Assembly: GCA_023515725.1 (NCBI GenBank)
Contig: JALDTO010000137.1
Coordinates: forward strand, 62,001-126,000
DNA length: 64,000 nt
Reading direction: 5' to 3'
Source of the DNA: Amoeboaphelidium protococcarum X5
Lineage: Eukaryota > Fungi > Aphelidiomycota
The notes beneath the pieces were generated by a model that did no database searches, was not told the origin of the DNA, and was given only the letters and a program-made list of their open reading frames with translations. Position numbers and translations under genes: made by a program. Below are positions 1-14,181 of this stretch, piece after piece (position 1 is the stretch's first letter; every line of letters starts with the position of its first letter).

Positions 1-553
1 TACGAGTGATCGCTGAACCCACATGCTGAAGATACGATAAAGCTGAATCTTGAAACGGGCCGCCTTATGCCCTCATACCGCTCTCGTTCTCATTGTTCTT
101 ACTATATTGTGTAGTACATCTGTTGTGCAACTAAGAGCCAAAGAGAAAGCAGATGCAATCATGATAACTTTGATGTTGTCCTAAGGTAATGTACTTTAAA
201 GTTGTTTCGTCTCTCTCTTCTCTGCAAGTAAATGAAGTCGCGTTGCATTTCTATAGCTAGTACTAGTAGTTCACATGGTTATAATCCTACGCACCTATCT
301 TACTTCTTTCAAATTCAAAGGCAATGGTGCCTAGCTTTCGAGAATGTTCTCACTTGACAAACTTTGGTGCGATAATTAGAGATTATAATACTGCCGTTTG
401 ACGAATTCACGGCGGCTCCTGGGTGTGGTTAGAGTGATAAGGGGCAACTCGGGATCCGATGATGTGCAGTCCTCTATTTTACACACTTTTCTCTCTCTCT
501 CTAAACATTATAATCTCGGAAATCCATTTAATTCTCTGACTCGAATTTTCGAC

Positions 554-1354
554 ATGCAGGTACTTTTGATTTTGGCACTGTTTGTCATTGCTGTAGCTCA
601 TTTGAATGAAGCTGCTGTGGTGTCGACGCGTAAAAGTGGCAAAGTATCATCAAGTAGTGGTAAATCATCTGGAAAATCACCATTCTCTTCATCAAGCAGT
701 AAGAACAAGCGCACCACTAGTGAAAGTAAGAAGATTGAAAAGGTTGCGTCGGAACTGGAGAAGGAATTGTCCTAGGATCAGCCGTAATAGTAGTAGCAAT
801 TGAGGCAGGTATCATTCGTTGGAGTACCTGAGTCTAGCTATAATAATTTCTATGTCAAGGCTTAAAAATCTGCTAAACGTCCATACTATTTCCAGAGAGA
901 TGTGCCGTTTGCAGCTATCTCTTCTTTCACCGGGTACGATTTGTCCTTTGACAGTGACGCGTACGATAAGCTGGAGAATTATGCTGAAAATCACATGCAG
1001 ATTTTCAGCGGTGCACTGAACGAATTCACTTCTGGTAAAGACACGTACGTTGCAACCGCTCTATCTGTTGACGCGTTCAAGAGTGGGAATTACAAGTTTG
1101 TTCCATATATGTCCCGCACTAATGATGGCAATATCAATGTTGTCATTCTGAATGAGGACAAGTATGAGCTGATTGTAAGAGGATCATGCGATGTCAAATA
1201 GGACGTGGATTAGATTGACTCCAACGTCAACTGGCGTGATGATGATGACGCGGCAAAGTTTGCTTGCAGCCTGTGGAATGGCTTCCGCAAATATGTCTCG
1301 TCAGGTGATCCTCAAATGGGTTATGTGCCTGCTAAGAATGCTCAGCGGTACTGA
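554..1354 (+). CDS. Secreted hypothetical protein, 266 aa (signal peptide, Ser/Lys-rich segment, polyQ, globular C-terminal domain)
   Basis: ATG554 MQVLLILALFVIAVAHLNEA. Open with TAR=Gln through track fragments 398-775 and 902-1201 to TGA 1352-1354. Confidence 0.75.
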
Positions 1355-1472
1355 TCTTTAATTCTTTTAAATTTTATACATATTATACTAATTAAAATAA
1401 ATTGCTATCAATTTCATTTGGTTTTAACCTCTTTATTCGCTTTAGTTCATAACTAGGAGTAAAAATATTCTA

Positions 1473-4217
1473 TCAAATCTATTGAGTACACTAGTTACAT
1501 GTATAAGTCTATCGTTCTTATAAACAGCTGGAATGCACTTGATGAGAGCATTTGAGAATCGCTAAAGAATCGTCATCTTGAGCAGTGTCGCGGACGTTAT
1601 TATAATCATTGAGTTTCTAATCGCACAATGAGCATTTTACATCAACATCACCGGCCCCTTTCCTAATAGCTCTGGCTTTCCGTTAACGCTTAAGATATAA
1701 TACAAGCAGATGAAGATAATCCTCCTGATATATGACATTAGTCTCCACCAAAAGATTGAGAGTAGATTTGAATTCCTTAATACTGCTAATCAATGCATCT
1801 CGGATAGCTCTAGTTAGTCTTGCATCATTGCCAATGAAACTGAGGAGCTTCAGAATATCAATTTACTCATAAGCATTTACCAGTAGCTATTGAAGCAGTT
1901 CTGGCCACTGGGAACTCTGCTCCAACACACGCTACCACACGTCCTCGTCCTTAACACTGAGACAGAAATTAACAATAGACACCACATCTCGTGTCTGGAA
2001 TAGTACATTCAATGCCCGCTGTAGATCTCCAATCTTGGACAGTATATAAACCATCTCATCAATAAGACTATACTGTTGACACACTTTTAGAGCTTTAGAC
2101 AGATCGTAAGCATTACTAATCCTCAAGAAACGCAAAAGTCGATCCGGAATATGCTGGGCATACAACTTTACCATTAAATCGTGATACTGTACCGTCTTTG
2201 GTGCGTCAAAATCGTACAAATGGTCCAGATATATAATCAAAGCTTGATCTTGACCAGATAAGACATCAATAATGGTACTTGCAGATTACTAGATGGGATA
2301 TTCGGCAAGCATTTATATACACAACTTGACACTATCATTAACCCGACTCTTGTCATAAGATAGATACTACAGCAAAATCTGCGGTAGATCACGCTAAATG
2401 TCCCAAGTTTTAACAAAGCCATCAATGGACGTATCATCATTCAACGCCATCAGACATACGCAGCAATCCTTATATCTAGCCTACCGTTCATATAGCAAAT
2501 AAGCCGCTTAACAAAAATGTAAGTCATCCATCTTTTCACTAAAAACATCGTCCACTAGAGACATAATTTCGGTAAAATCAAACTTCTACCCACTCTATAC
2601 TTATGTAGAATCAAGACTAGAGGTCAGTAGAGAAGAGATAAACCTCAGGAATCTAGGCGTATCATTGAGAGCACAGTAGCCCAGAATGAGCTCAAGAGCA
2701 TTTTACTCTAAATATAGCACGGTATCTTATGGTATCTCTGGTATAATGCAAGGCAGCTAATTTTCTTCTACATACCGGTAAATCCATTGCTCCCACGCTG
2801 TAACAGATTAAACGTTCTCCCTCAGAATCTGTGCACCATCCTCATACCTCTTCAAAGAAAGCAATGAATTGACATACAGTTGAGCAACATCCTCCACAGT
2901 ATACTCTATTTATTACTGCGCATAAAAATCAACTGATAATAACCTACCATCGTCACTATTTGGATTCTATAAATCTCTCAGCAGATCCAAAGCTTCTTAA
3001 TACTTTGCCTCATCTAGCAATTACTCCAATATATCATTCTATGATTTCTATTTCACTAATATCAAATCATATGGCGTTGACACTAACAAGTCAAAATCAC
3101 TACCAGATGTTGACTGTGCACCAGCATTACCAAGATAAGAGGATACGAGTCTTAGAGATTAACTGATATTACTCCCAGACTTGGTGGTACTAATAAAGCT
3201 TATGAGAGTTGAAGCAACTTCAGCGAATTTCTTGGTTTCTATAATTTACAACATTGGTTATTACTAGTAGTTATTGTTATTACTGATAGTTTAAGCAGAG
3301 TATTAGCCATTGTCCATCCGCATATCCCGTGTCCGCTGTACAAGCAACGATAGAAAAGAATCACTGATAAATTACATATCCACAATACTATAATCTAGAC
3401 GTACATTCTTGACATTCTGAAGCTATTAATTATATAAATAAATGGTCTATCTCTAAGCAATATATAAGCACTTCTATAAAGCGTTATAACGCGCCACCAC
3501 TCTATTGCAGGTAAGTCTCTAATCTTCTCCACCATTCTGATTTAAATCAACATTCTATTTCTATGAAGCATTGTGGATTAATTTAATCATTTAGGAAGCA
3601 CCACTTTAACTTAATGATGATGATGATGAAGACTATGCGGCAGCAGCCAATTAGTATACAAGCCCCGAGGTGGTTGTCAGAATATAAACTCCACCCCAAT
3701 CCTGAATAGATATTACGCTCTCATAATACTCACCATCCACATTCAATTAATTTATAACTGTAAATTTAGAATTACCAACGCACTTTAATAATTTACCATC
3801 AGCAGCTGTAAATACAAATTAAGAAGCATCCACCATGAGAATACATTTGATAGGGCGTACATAGGCAAACTTTTTCAGTACTCGATCCAGTTCTTGCACG
3901 ATAATCTCACCATCCAGAGATGCAGATACAATGGTGTCAGCCTGCGATGAACTGGTGTATGAGCTTATGCTGACAATCTAAGTTCTATGGAATCCTTTAA
4001 GTTAACTCTTTATCACAATCCCAGAATGATCCATTATCATCACCCGTCCAGTCATGGTGCCAACCACAATGTACCTGTTATGAGAGGGTAAGTGAACAGA
4101 GGATATCAATACTTCCGCATCCTTTTACTAATAGTGAGGATGATCATTGCCTCCACCATTAGCGTGACTATTATGTTCGACACTCTCTGGCAGAATTCTA
4201 CTAAACTGCAGTTGCAT
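1473..4217 (-). CDS. VPS41: HOPS subunit Vps41 (WD40, clathrin heavy-chain repeat, RING-H2)
   Basis: WD40-like N-terminus. CHCR motif YHDLMVKLYAQHIPDRLLRFLRISNAYDLSKALKVC...EMVYILSKIG. C-terminal CSLC...CSHQVHSSC...CNQC then TGA. ATG, internal ORF and stop share one frame. Confidence 0.85.
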
Positions 4218-4502
4218 ATTCTATTCTAACTACTAATAAATTGAATTAAGACAGACTGTGCAACGGAAGTCACAAGAAATCGCGCGCCAGATGAAAGAAA
4301 GACGAGAGATGGAAGAACGACGACCTGAAGATCACACTAAGAGAGAGAAAGAGAAAGAGAAAGAGGATCTTTAAACGATTCGTTCACACTTTGTTTTACT
4401 GATTATTGTAGTATTCTTAAGTATCGATTGAATTAAATTTAGGTTTCTGAATTTAGAATAATTTTGCTTAGCATAAATTAAGTGAAATAGTAATAATAGT
4501 AA

Positions 4503-5172
4503 ATGTTTTCTAGTGGCGGAGGAAATGCGGGTAATAGGGGAAGTGCTACTGCAATGAGGCGATTAGTTAAAGAGTACAAAGAGCTGACACAGAACGCTCC
4601 AGATGGAATTCTCGCGGCTCCACTCACTGAAGATGATATGTTTACATGGGAGGCTGTGATTAGGTAGGCATTATGCAGGATTATATGCAATTTACTGTTA
4701 TATAACTCCGGAAAATTATTATTAAGTTTGTAGAGGTCCTAGTGGAACTCCGTATGAAGATGGTGTATTCCAGGCTATTCTGACGTTCCCGAAAGATTAT
4801 CCGCTGTCTCCTCCGAAAATGAAGTTCACCTCAGCCATGTACCACCCCAACATATATCCAGATGGTGGTGTGTGTATATCTATACTGCACAGTCCCGGTG
4901 ACGATCCGAATATGTACGAAAGCGCGTCAGAGCGATGGTCTCCTGGTAAGATTCAAATATTATTCCAATGTTGTTAATGTCTATAACCGTCACACATAGA
5001 TAACATTGTAGTTTAATCAATTGAAAAGATTCTGCTCTCCGTGGTGTCGATGCTCAGTGAGCCAAACGATGAATCTCCGGCGAACATTGACGCTGCTAAA
5101 GTCTGGCGTACGGACAGATAACACTTTAACAACCTGGTTGATGAGACTGTTAGAAAATCTATTGGATTGTGA
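4503..5172 (+). CDS. UBC7: Ubiquitin-conjugating enzyme Ubc7/UBE2G2; introns 4664-4733 and 4946-5011
   Basis: [12 protein letters not shown]...[14 protein letters not shown]...[23 protein letters not shown]...[16 protein letters not shown]. The Q of VQS is TAA. Confidence 0.95.
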
Positions 5173-5272
5173 TTACGATTTGTCAATTATTACGCGTTTA
5201 GAAGCTCTCAAGTCTCTATATTATGGTACGATTCTATTTTTCACATTCACTTCTAATTCAGCGTCTTCATCG

Positions 5273-7382
5273 TCAGTCCTTGATGGCTTTATCATCATCC
5301 TTATTGGCCTTGAGATCGTTAATAGATATAACACTTAGTCTGCTTTCATAAGTTCCACTTCGTTCCTTAAATGTTGCACTCTTGCGATTCTTTGCTGAAG
5401 ATTTGGTAGAGTATCTATCCGAAGAAATCGCCTACAACTTGCGTCTCAACTAAGCAGCTTCGCTCTCTTCAGCTTCATCACTGTCCTCGTCAATATCATT
5501 GCTTGAAGAGACATCCTGAGGTTGCAATTTACCGCGATGGTCAGTAGATCCAGTTTTTGCGAACGACAATACACTGACCGTGTCATCGTTGTTGCTGTCA
5601 GTGACTGATGTCTAGAAGTTTAGGTTGGCAGTCCGCTTCTTGTACCCAGCTGTTAATGCCTTGATCTCATCAGAGTTTGAGAAACGCGGGAAGCAATCCT
5701 TCCGCAATATCTCATACACATGAGCAGCAGCCTCGTCATACAGATTGTATAAAGCATTTTTACTCTCATTGACATCTTGATCAGCCTTAGCTAAGGCCTA
5801 CTTTACTTTGCCGCGAACTAGGGCATCAATGTTGATTTCATGATCACTGCCTTCATTGATGTAATTAAGATAGATTTCTTGACACTTACTCTTCAATTCT
5901 GGCAAATCAGTGATGGTGTCCAGCTGCTTAACAGTCAGATAGAAATCAAGATTCTCCTGCGCAAGATCCCTTTCCAGAAATTTTCGGAAGTACTTGAGAC
6001 CTTCAGGATCACTCATCAAGTCAACAAATCTGCATCGCCACAGATAGACACGCTCAGGTCTTGGTACTTCGTCTTCGCTACATTATTTGACATAAAGTGG
6101 TAGTCGAACAAACATATGCAAATTATATAGAGCAATTATCGTACCTTTTATCAGCAAAGTTAGAAGTCTCACTTCTACGGAATGGATTATGATCTGCCAT
6201 TTGACTAATGAACGGATCATTATCATGCCACACGTCACAATGCTTTACCAGCCTACACAAGCACCAAATCACGGTAATTTTTGAATTGAACAATTAGTAA
6301 ACTTACTTTTTGCAAAGCACTGATGCCGGAGTTGTTAAGTTTTGTAACTCGACTGATTGCTATTCGACGCGCTTTGTTAATAAATCCAGTTAAGTCTGAG
6401 CAGGTAAAGCACTGAGGAACTCTTCAAATGACAATCTTCTCCTTCCAAGAGCCTTATCTTCTTTAATGAGCTCCGCGGCGACATTTGGTCCAGCAGAAGG
6501 ATTTATCACACGCCAAAACGCGTAATCACGAACCTCCGCAAGCTTACGATCTCGCTTATCAAGTGAACTCAGGTAAGCTTTCTATCTATCGCTACCCTGA
6601 ACAATCGCTTTCCATTATGATATGGAGTTCTTTTCAATCTCATAAAACCGCTCAGTTTCCTCCTTGTTTAGCTGAAACTTTCCATCGTTTTTGGCTGATC
6701 GGCGCAGAAGATGTATTGCATAATCTAAATCAGCAACATCCATCAAGAGTGGCCGCAAGAGCAAATCCGCTTGGAAAGTGTAGTAGGAGTCGTTGTTGTT
6801 CTAGGCATTGAACTACGAAACATCCAGCGGACACAGGTAACCAAAATCTATGAACTTTTAGAAGAGGGACATCACCTCATCCTTATCGGTAATCTGAAAT
6901 CTCCTCTACAACCAAACAAAGATCTCTGATCCGATCGCAGCAGCTGGAATAGTATCAAATAGCTTTTTGCGATCCATGAATCCCACACCATCTACAGGAT
7001 CGCGCATCTCCAGCAACCACTAATCCAATTTGGCGTAAGCATTAACGAGAGGGACATACTTTCCTTCTCTACTCAATGAAACTTGCTACTCTAGATTCTA
7101 AAGCGTATTAAGAAGCAAATTCTTCATGCCATTGTCTTTAATGCTTTCCAGTTGTTTCAAGAGCATCGACTGATCCTACTTCTTGCCAGTCAACTTTGTC
7201 ATGGTGGCGGGTAAGAAAACGTCCTTTCTACATAACGATTCATTATTGGCAATTTTATCATATAGGTGGTTTAGTACTTACTTTTCAGCCTTTACATCCT
7301 GATAGATCGACTGCGGATTGTTGCTGTTTTAGTCTTTTGAGGCTACAGATGACGATGTATATACTGACTTAAATTGCGACAT
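5273..7382 (-). CDS. R7-family-like RGS protein (DEP-DHEX-GGL-RGS), paralog 1; introns 7228-7281, 6253-6306, 6078-6144
   Basis: DEP GSEIFVWL. DHEX YYTFQ...DYAIHLLRR...AFWRVINP. G-gamma-like LTKRVEQ...LVKHCDVWHDNDPFI...HNPF. RGS DPEGLKYFRKFLERDLAQENLDFY...KDCFPRF. Confidence 0.85.
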
Positions 7383-7788
7383 TGTTGTAATAGTAATACT
7401 AGTTAAAAGATATAGAAAATTGTTATCGGAATTAAAAAAGCTAGTATCACAAGACCGTAATCTTATCACCCTTATCGCAGCTTTAACTGTTATCGATACG
7501 TTCTAAAAATAGCGTCCTCGCCAGGTCCGCACATCTTCCAAAGTTAATTTTATCGTTCATGATGATTAATGCTCATTGCATTAGCTCTATCATTAAATTA
7601 ACGCTGACTAAAAAGTGGAAATTTTGCTATATTGCTGAATTAATAATCAGCACTGAGGCAACAAGTAAGTGCTCCGTATCGTTGATCCGATCAAAGTAAC
7701 TCCTATTCTTCACTTTCAATAGAATCCAACTCACGGTAAAGACGATAGCTTCTATTTAGTATTTTATTACTTCAGTTCAGGGTATCAG

Positions 7789-9942
7789 TCATTTTTATGA
7801 GGAGTATTCTTTACAATAATCGCTAGCGACAAACCTGGCATAACTGTCGCGCATGAGTAGCTTTTAAACATCCGCAACTGCATCGGAAAATACGTATACA
7901 TCAACTTCTGAGCCTTCAATTTCATCCACATCCTCAAGCAGGGGATTAAAAGCACTGATCAGCTGCTGCTTGGTATTATCAGATATATTCACAGGCTGCT
8001 AACAGCCAGGCTTCACGTACTAGCTGTAGATTTCAAGAGCCTTCCTCACCCAGATGATGCGATCAAATACATTGTCGAGCTCTTACACTTCTACCATAAA
8101 CTTTAGACTCTCCGTGCTGAACTCCTTCTCCAAGAACTTCATAAATATAACTCGGCCTCTCTTATCGTCCATCAAATCTTTAAACGAAGAGTACCAAATT
8201 TCAGCATCTTCCAGAGTAAACTGCTGCAAGCCTTGATATCCATACTCTTTAGATGGCGGTTAGTTGTATGGATTGACAACAGTCTATTTGATAAAAGGAT
8301 CTCTAAATTACCATACTTGACATCGGTCAATCAAGGCCCGACTCTCTACAGACACCTTCAGTCGACTTGTCTCATACTGAATCTGATATGTGGCAAGTCG
8401 TTTCATCAAATGGTCAAGTAGCTATCTCTTGTTCAAAGTGGCCTCGTATTCGGCATCAGTGAGATGCTACTTATCGCTATCTCCAGATTCTTCAATATCC
8501 AAATAAGGATTCTTCTGTGATTTGTGCCTTCTATGAATCCACCAAAACTTCTACTCTCTCAGCTACAAGATCTTACGCGTCGATACATTCAATTGCTTCA
8601 AAAATACCAGCTATTTGAAGGTGGAGTCTTCCACATCTTTCCATGTCTGAGTCATGTACTTTCTATAGTAATCAAGGCGTTCAGTTTCCTTACTTTCCAA
8701 TGCACTTAACCTACCAACATCAATCTTCTTATTAGCGCGCCTGTACAAATAAACAGCATAATCTACATCTGATGGCATCCAGTCATTGGACATCCACAAC
8801 CTCTGTGACTGGAAAATATATAGAGCTGATTCAGAAAATGGAGACTTCTCATTGTCCAGATCAATCAAGTATCCCATGCAAAACATCATAGTTGCGTATT
8901 AGATAGCTTCAAACTTTTCCATAAAATCACAGTGTGTCATTAGCCAATTGATCAGCTCCTCTCCGGTACAGCAGTCACGATAAGTACGTAGATTCTTGGC
9001 TCTATGAGTCTTCAATTCTATTTTCTAGTCGGACTCTAGCAGTGTGACCATTGTCCGTTCGATATGCTCAATCTACTTACCTTGCAGTTTTGTGCGTTGA
9101 GCAGACGCTTCAGATGATTAGTTTGAAGTACACAGTATCAGATCAATGAACAAATCCTCCTATTAGCGGAGATCCTACAGCGAATCTGTATCTACTGCGC
9201 GACCAAAACTGCTGGTCATAAACGTCCTCTGAGCCTTGGAGCGTTCAGACGTAAGACTGGCATTACTCTTCATGATGCTGCTACTACCACCGAGGCCAAC
9301 CGTAGCTAGAGATTTACCGCTGCCAGAGTTGGAAGATGTCTTGGCAGAGGATAGTTTTGATGCCCATCTCTTGAGGCCATTCAAAGGGAATATAGATGGT
9401 GCTGCGATAGAGTCCTTTCTATCTTTGGATGAATTGCTAGGCTAATCCTTTTTATCATTTCCAAAAATATCATATTCGGCAGGATTTAAAGGCGAAGGAG
9501 GCTCAGATTCTGATTATGCTCCAACTGGCACAGGCAAGGTCATAATTGCAAGCTTCGACGCGCTGTGCGTTGCAATGTTGGTTTAACTTTGATTAGTATC
9601 TTTAGCTTTATACACAACTTCAGGAGCATTTATCTTAGGTTGCACAATACTTTGCTAGTCTGTGTCAGAGTTTCCACTATCTTATCTATTCACATCATGG
9701 GCATTGTGGTATGGGGAGTCTTACTAATGCTCATAAGAGGATATGATAATAGTCTCACTATCAGTCGTCGTAGTGGTATTGACAGACATTGTCTTGCTTA
9801 TTCTATCGTGTGCCACTTTAGGCGTCGGGGATTTCGATATTCTCTGCTGTAGATCTTTTAGCTTCAATCCAGACAATGTATCACCCACTCCATCCATCAT
9901 CTCATCTTCAAACACTATATCACTAGAATTGTCTCGATTCAT
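7789..9942 (-). CDS. R7-family-like RGS protein (DEP-DHEX-GGL-RGS), paralog 2, apparently intronless, with Ser-rich N-terminus
   Basis: CCTGEELINWL (DEP). YIFQSQRLWMSNDWMPSDVDYAVYLYRR (DHEX). RLKVSVESRALIDRCQVWQFRDPFI...NPY (GGL). FMKFLEKEFSTESLKF...MRDSYARF (RGS). Confidence 0.85.
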
Positions 9943-10258
9943 CTCCTTCAAACAATATTTTATTTTCTGTGCTATATTAAGTTAAAGAATAAAAATCAAA
10001 GCAATACTTCATCAATATATAGATTGCATCAACAGAGTTTATTTATACTGCATCATCAATCATCCATCCGTCACTGGGTGGCGATGAACGTTTCAAACGT
10101 TCTCTTGACAACGGCGTGGATTTACAAAGGTGATAGTGGTCAATTAAAGACGTCTTCTACACGCAGGTCAGTAGAAATTTCAAAATTAAATGAGTAAACA
10201 CTTTAAGAATATCCTCCAAAATGTATTAAATGAAGACTTCATAGTTCTCAAAACAGAC

Positions 10259-11542
<1,284 letters not shown>

Positions 11543-11939
11543 GACACTGATTGTATTGTATCTGAATGAATTCTGTTGAGATAAGAATTTATGGGAAGAC
11601 GGCAGAAAGGGTGAGAAATGTGTGTGAGGCACAGCAGCAGCGGCGAGGAATTGTTTGAACCGACGGCATTTCTCCTGATTGGCCTGCTGAGATTAACGCA
11701 ATCATTGAGGCATATTAATAGAGCTGTGCGGCACATTATCGCTAGCTTTACCATTTTAAGTGTATTCTTCTTGTTCAACTCTTCAGACTGAGGCTTTTTT
11801 AAAAACGCGTAATTATAAAAGCTATGAGCACTTATATAATTATCGTGCGTTGTTCTGCCTAATCCACTCGGCCACCTTTGATCTTTTTCATTTAGGCGAA
11901 ATGGTTCATCAGTCAATACTAAAATTCGAGGCAGGGAGA

Positions 11940-12743
11940 ATGCGATAAATTATCTTAAGGCCATGCAGGCGATTGTTGAATAAGCATAAAAATATTCCAG
12001 GTTTCTTATCTGATAAAGTACAAGAACAGAGCGACGTGCCAAAAGCTTTAGATGACACTAGTGCGAATAGCAAAATACAGAATGTGAATGATATGCGATG
12101 GGTCGAAGAGAGTGATTTTGATAAAATAGCGCGTAAACCTGTGCATAAAAGGTCGCTGCATGAACACGCCACTCAGATATAAAGAAATGAACTGTTGGAG
12201 TATTATAATCTACTTAAACATCCGTCTTCTGAAAGTGATAGAATCATACAGTAAGCAAAGAGCTTGGATGTGGTGGAAGAGGAAGGACGCAAGCAAATAG
12301 TGTCATTAATCAATCCACCTCAGGACCTCTCTATATCACATCCCCATGATCGCAAGGCTGAATAGTATTTAATTGAGCAGTATTCTACCAAAGTGTTGCC
12401 TCAAAACCAGTTTGATATCCTAAAAGTACCTTACTACATGAATAAGCCGTATGTGATATATCCTATTTACGCGTATGTGGGATGTTTGATGGTTTACGTT
12501 GTGCTATTCACGGACTGGGATGGTCTGAATTCTTACGCTAATTACAGTGAATTTGGCATTGAAGCGAGCGGTCACCATCCGCATATATTCGAAGGCATCT
12601 AGTCGTGGTTTTATGGCATATGTGATCACTGGGGGATTTCTCATCCTTCCCGGCCTGCAGAAAATTAGATGGCCGAGGCTATGAGTGATGAAAAGATATT
12701 GGACGCGATGGTGAAACGATTGTACGGCGGCACGAAGAGTTGA
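11940..12743 (+). CDS. Hypothetical single-TM protein, possibly mitochondrial (alternative start 11901)
   Basis: Open frame under TAR=Gln. Basic N-terminus MRQIILRPCRRLL, hydrophobic YPIYAYVGCLMVYVVLF, ends TGA. Confidence 0.55.
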
Positions 12744-12904
12744 CTGATTGGATGGATGATACCAAATATAGTAACACTTACGATCGATCACTTGCTGATT
12801 CTTTATAGCTTTAACTATTGCCACTCAAGCCTTTTCTTATTTTATTCTGTTGTCCACTTTAAATTCAGATATTTAAACACACCTATATCAATAGTTACAT
12901 CAAA

Positions 12905-13774
12905 ATGAAGGCGGAATAATCTACTCAAAAGGTAAATGAGATCAAGTAGATGATCGACAAGTACAACATGCTTGTCAGAGGGATTGTGAAGTATCAGAAG
13001 CGCGTCTAAACAGCTGTCTCTGAAACAGAATAGTAGGATGGCACAGAGAAATTGCAGTATGTGAGAAGAGAAATAATTAAACTCGGCAAGATTATCAGGC
13101 AAGAATTGACCGTCATGAAAGAATAGAGTGCTGCCAATGGTGTATACTAATAGCATTATCAGAATCTAGCAAAGAAATTTATGGATTGTGTTGCTGCCTA
13201 TCAGTCTGTGGAGGTGGACTTTCAAAATTAGACTCGTGAAAAGACGCGTCGTTAGTATAAAATGGTAAAGCCTAATGCTACTGAAGCAGAGGTAGAGGCT
13301 GCGATTGATTAAGCTGAATAGGGCGGCGACGGTGTGGGAAATGTATTCAGCTAAAGCCTCATGTAGTCCAGTCGAAGAGGTGAAGCTCAGGCACTGAGAA
13401 GTGAATTGGAAAGTAGAAATACTGCATTGACCAACATTGCGCGTCAAGTTGAGGAGTTGCACGCTTTGTTTCAAGACATGGCCACGTTGGTGCAAGAGCA
13501 AGATGAACAGATTTAGATCATCGTCAATCATGCTGAAGATACTGCCACCAACACAAACAATGCTGCAAATGAAATGAGACAAGCTGTGGTGACAAAGAAA
13601 AAGAACATCAGGCGAAAGCGTATGCTGATCTGCTGTTGTTTAGTCCTTCTGCTCGTGATTGGTATTGTCTTGTTCATCTACTTTGGTCTCCCGCTGATTT
13701 AGAAGGCGCCTTCCAGCAGTAATTCTAATGGTGGTGATTCCAACTCTCAACCTGCAACTCGTCGTAATAATTGA
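12905..13774 (+). CDS. Qa-SNARE syntaxin (Sso1/syntaxin-1-like)
   Basis: RRRQYKMVKPNATEAEVEAAID. SNARE motif ESRNTALTNIARQVEELHALFQDMATLVQEQDE. C-terminal TM after KR-rich patch. Confidence 0.9.
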
Positions 13775-14181
13775 TAACTGTGACTGTCTAGAATATAGTA
13801 ATCTCTTTCTCTATGTAGTGATTTGATAGCTTTTAGAACACTGACACTCTTAATGTTGATGAAAAAGTGACGTCTAAACAAACTGTTAAAAGATCGTTGA
13901 TCGCCAGAAGTTTGAACTTTTAACTTGAACGAGGAGCAATATGTTACTTCATTTCCATTTTATTTTACCCTTTATAACGCGGCTAGACTCTCACAGCGAC
14001 TATTTTTAAGGCAACAAAGGCGCCCAGCTAGCGTGTTTGTTGTTGATCGCCTCTGCTTTGTTTCCATCGCTATTTTGAATGTCTCTTTTATGATAGTATC
14101 CAGCTTCATCCCATTTGTATTTACTGTCATTAATAATTGCATTCGCCGACTTGAGCATTATTTTATTTGATAGACTCGGCG

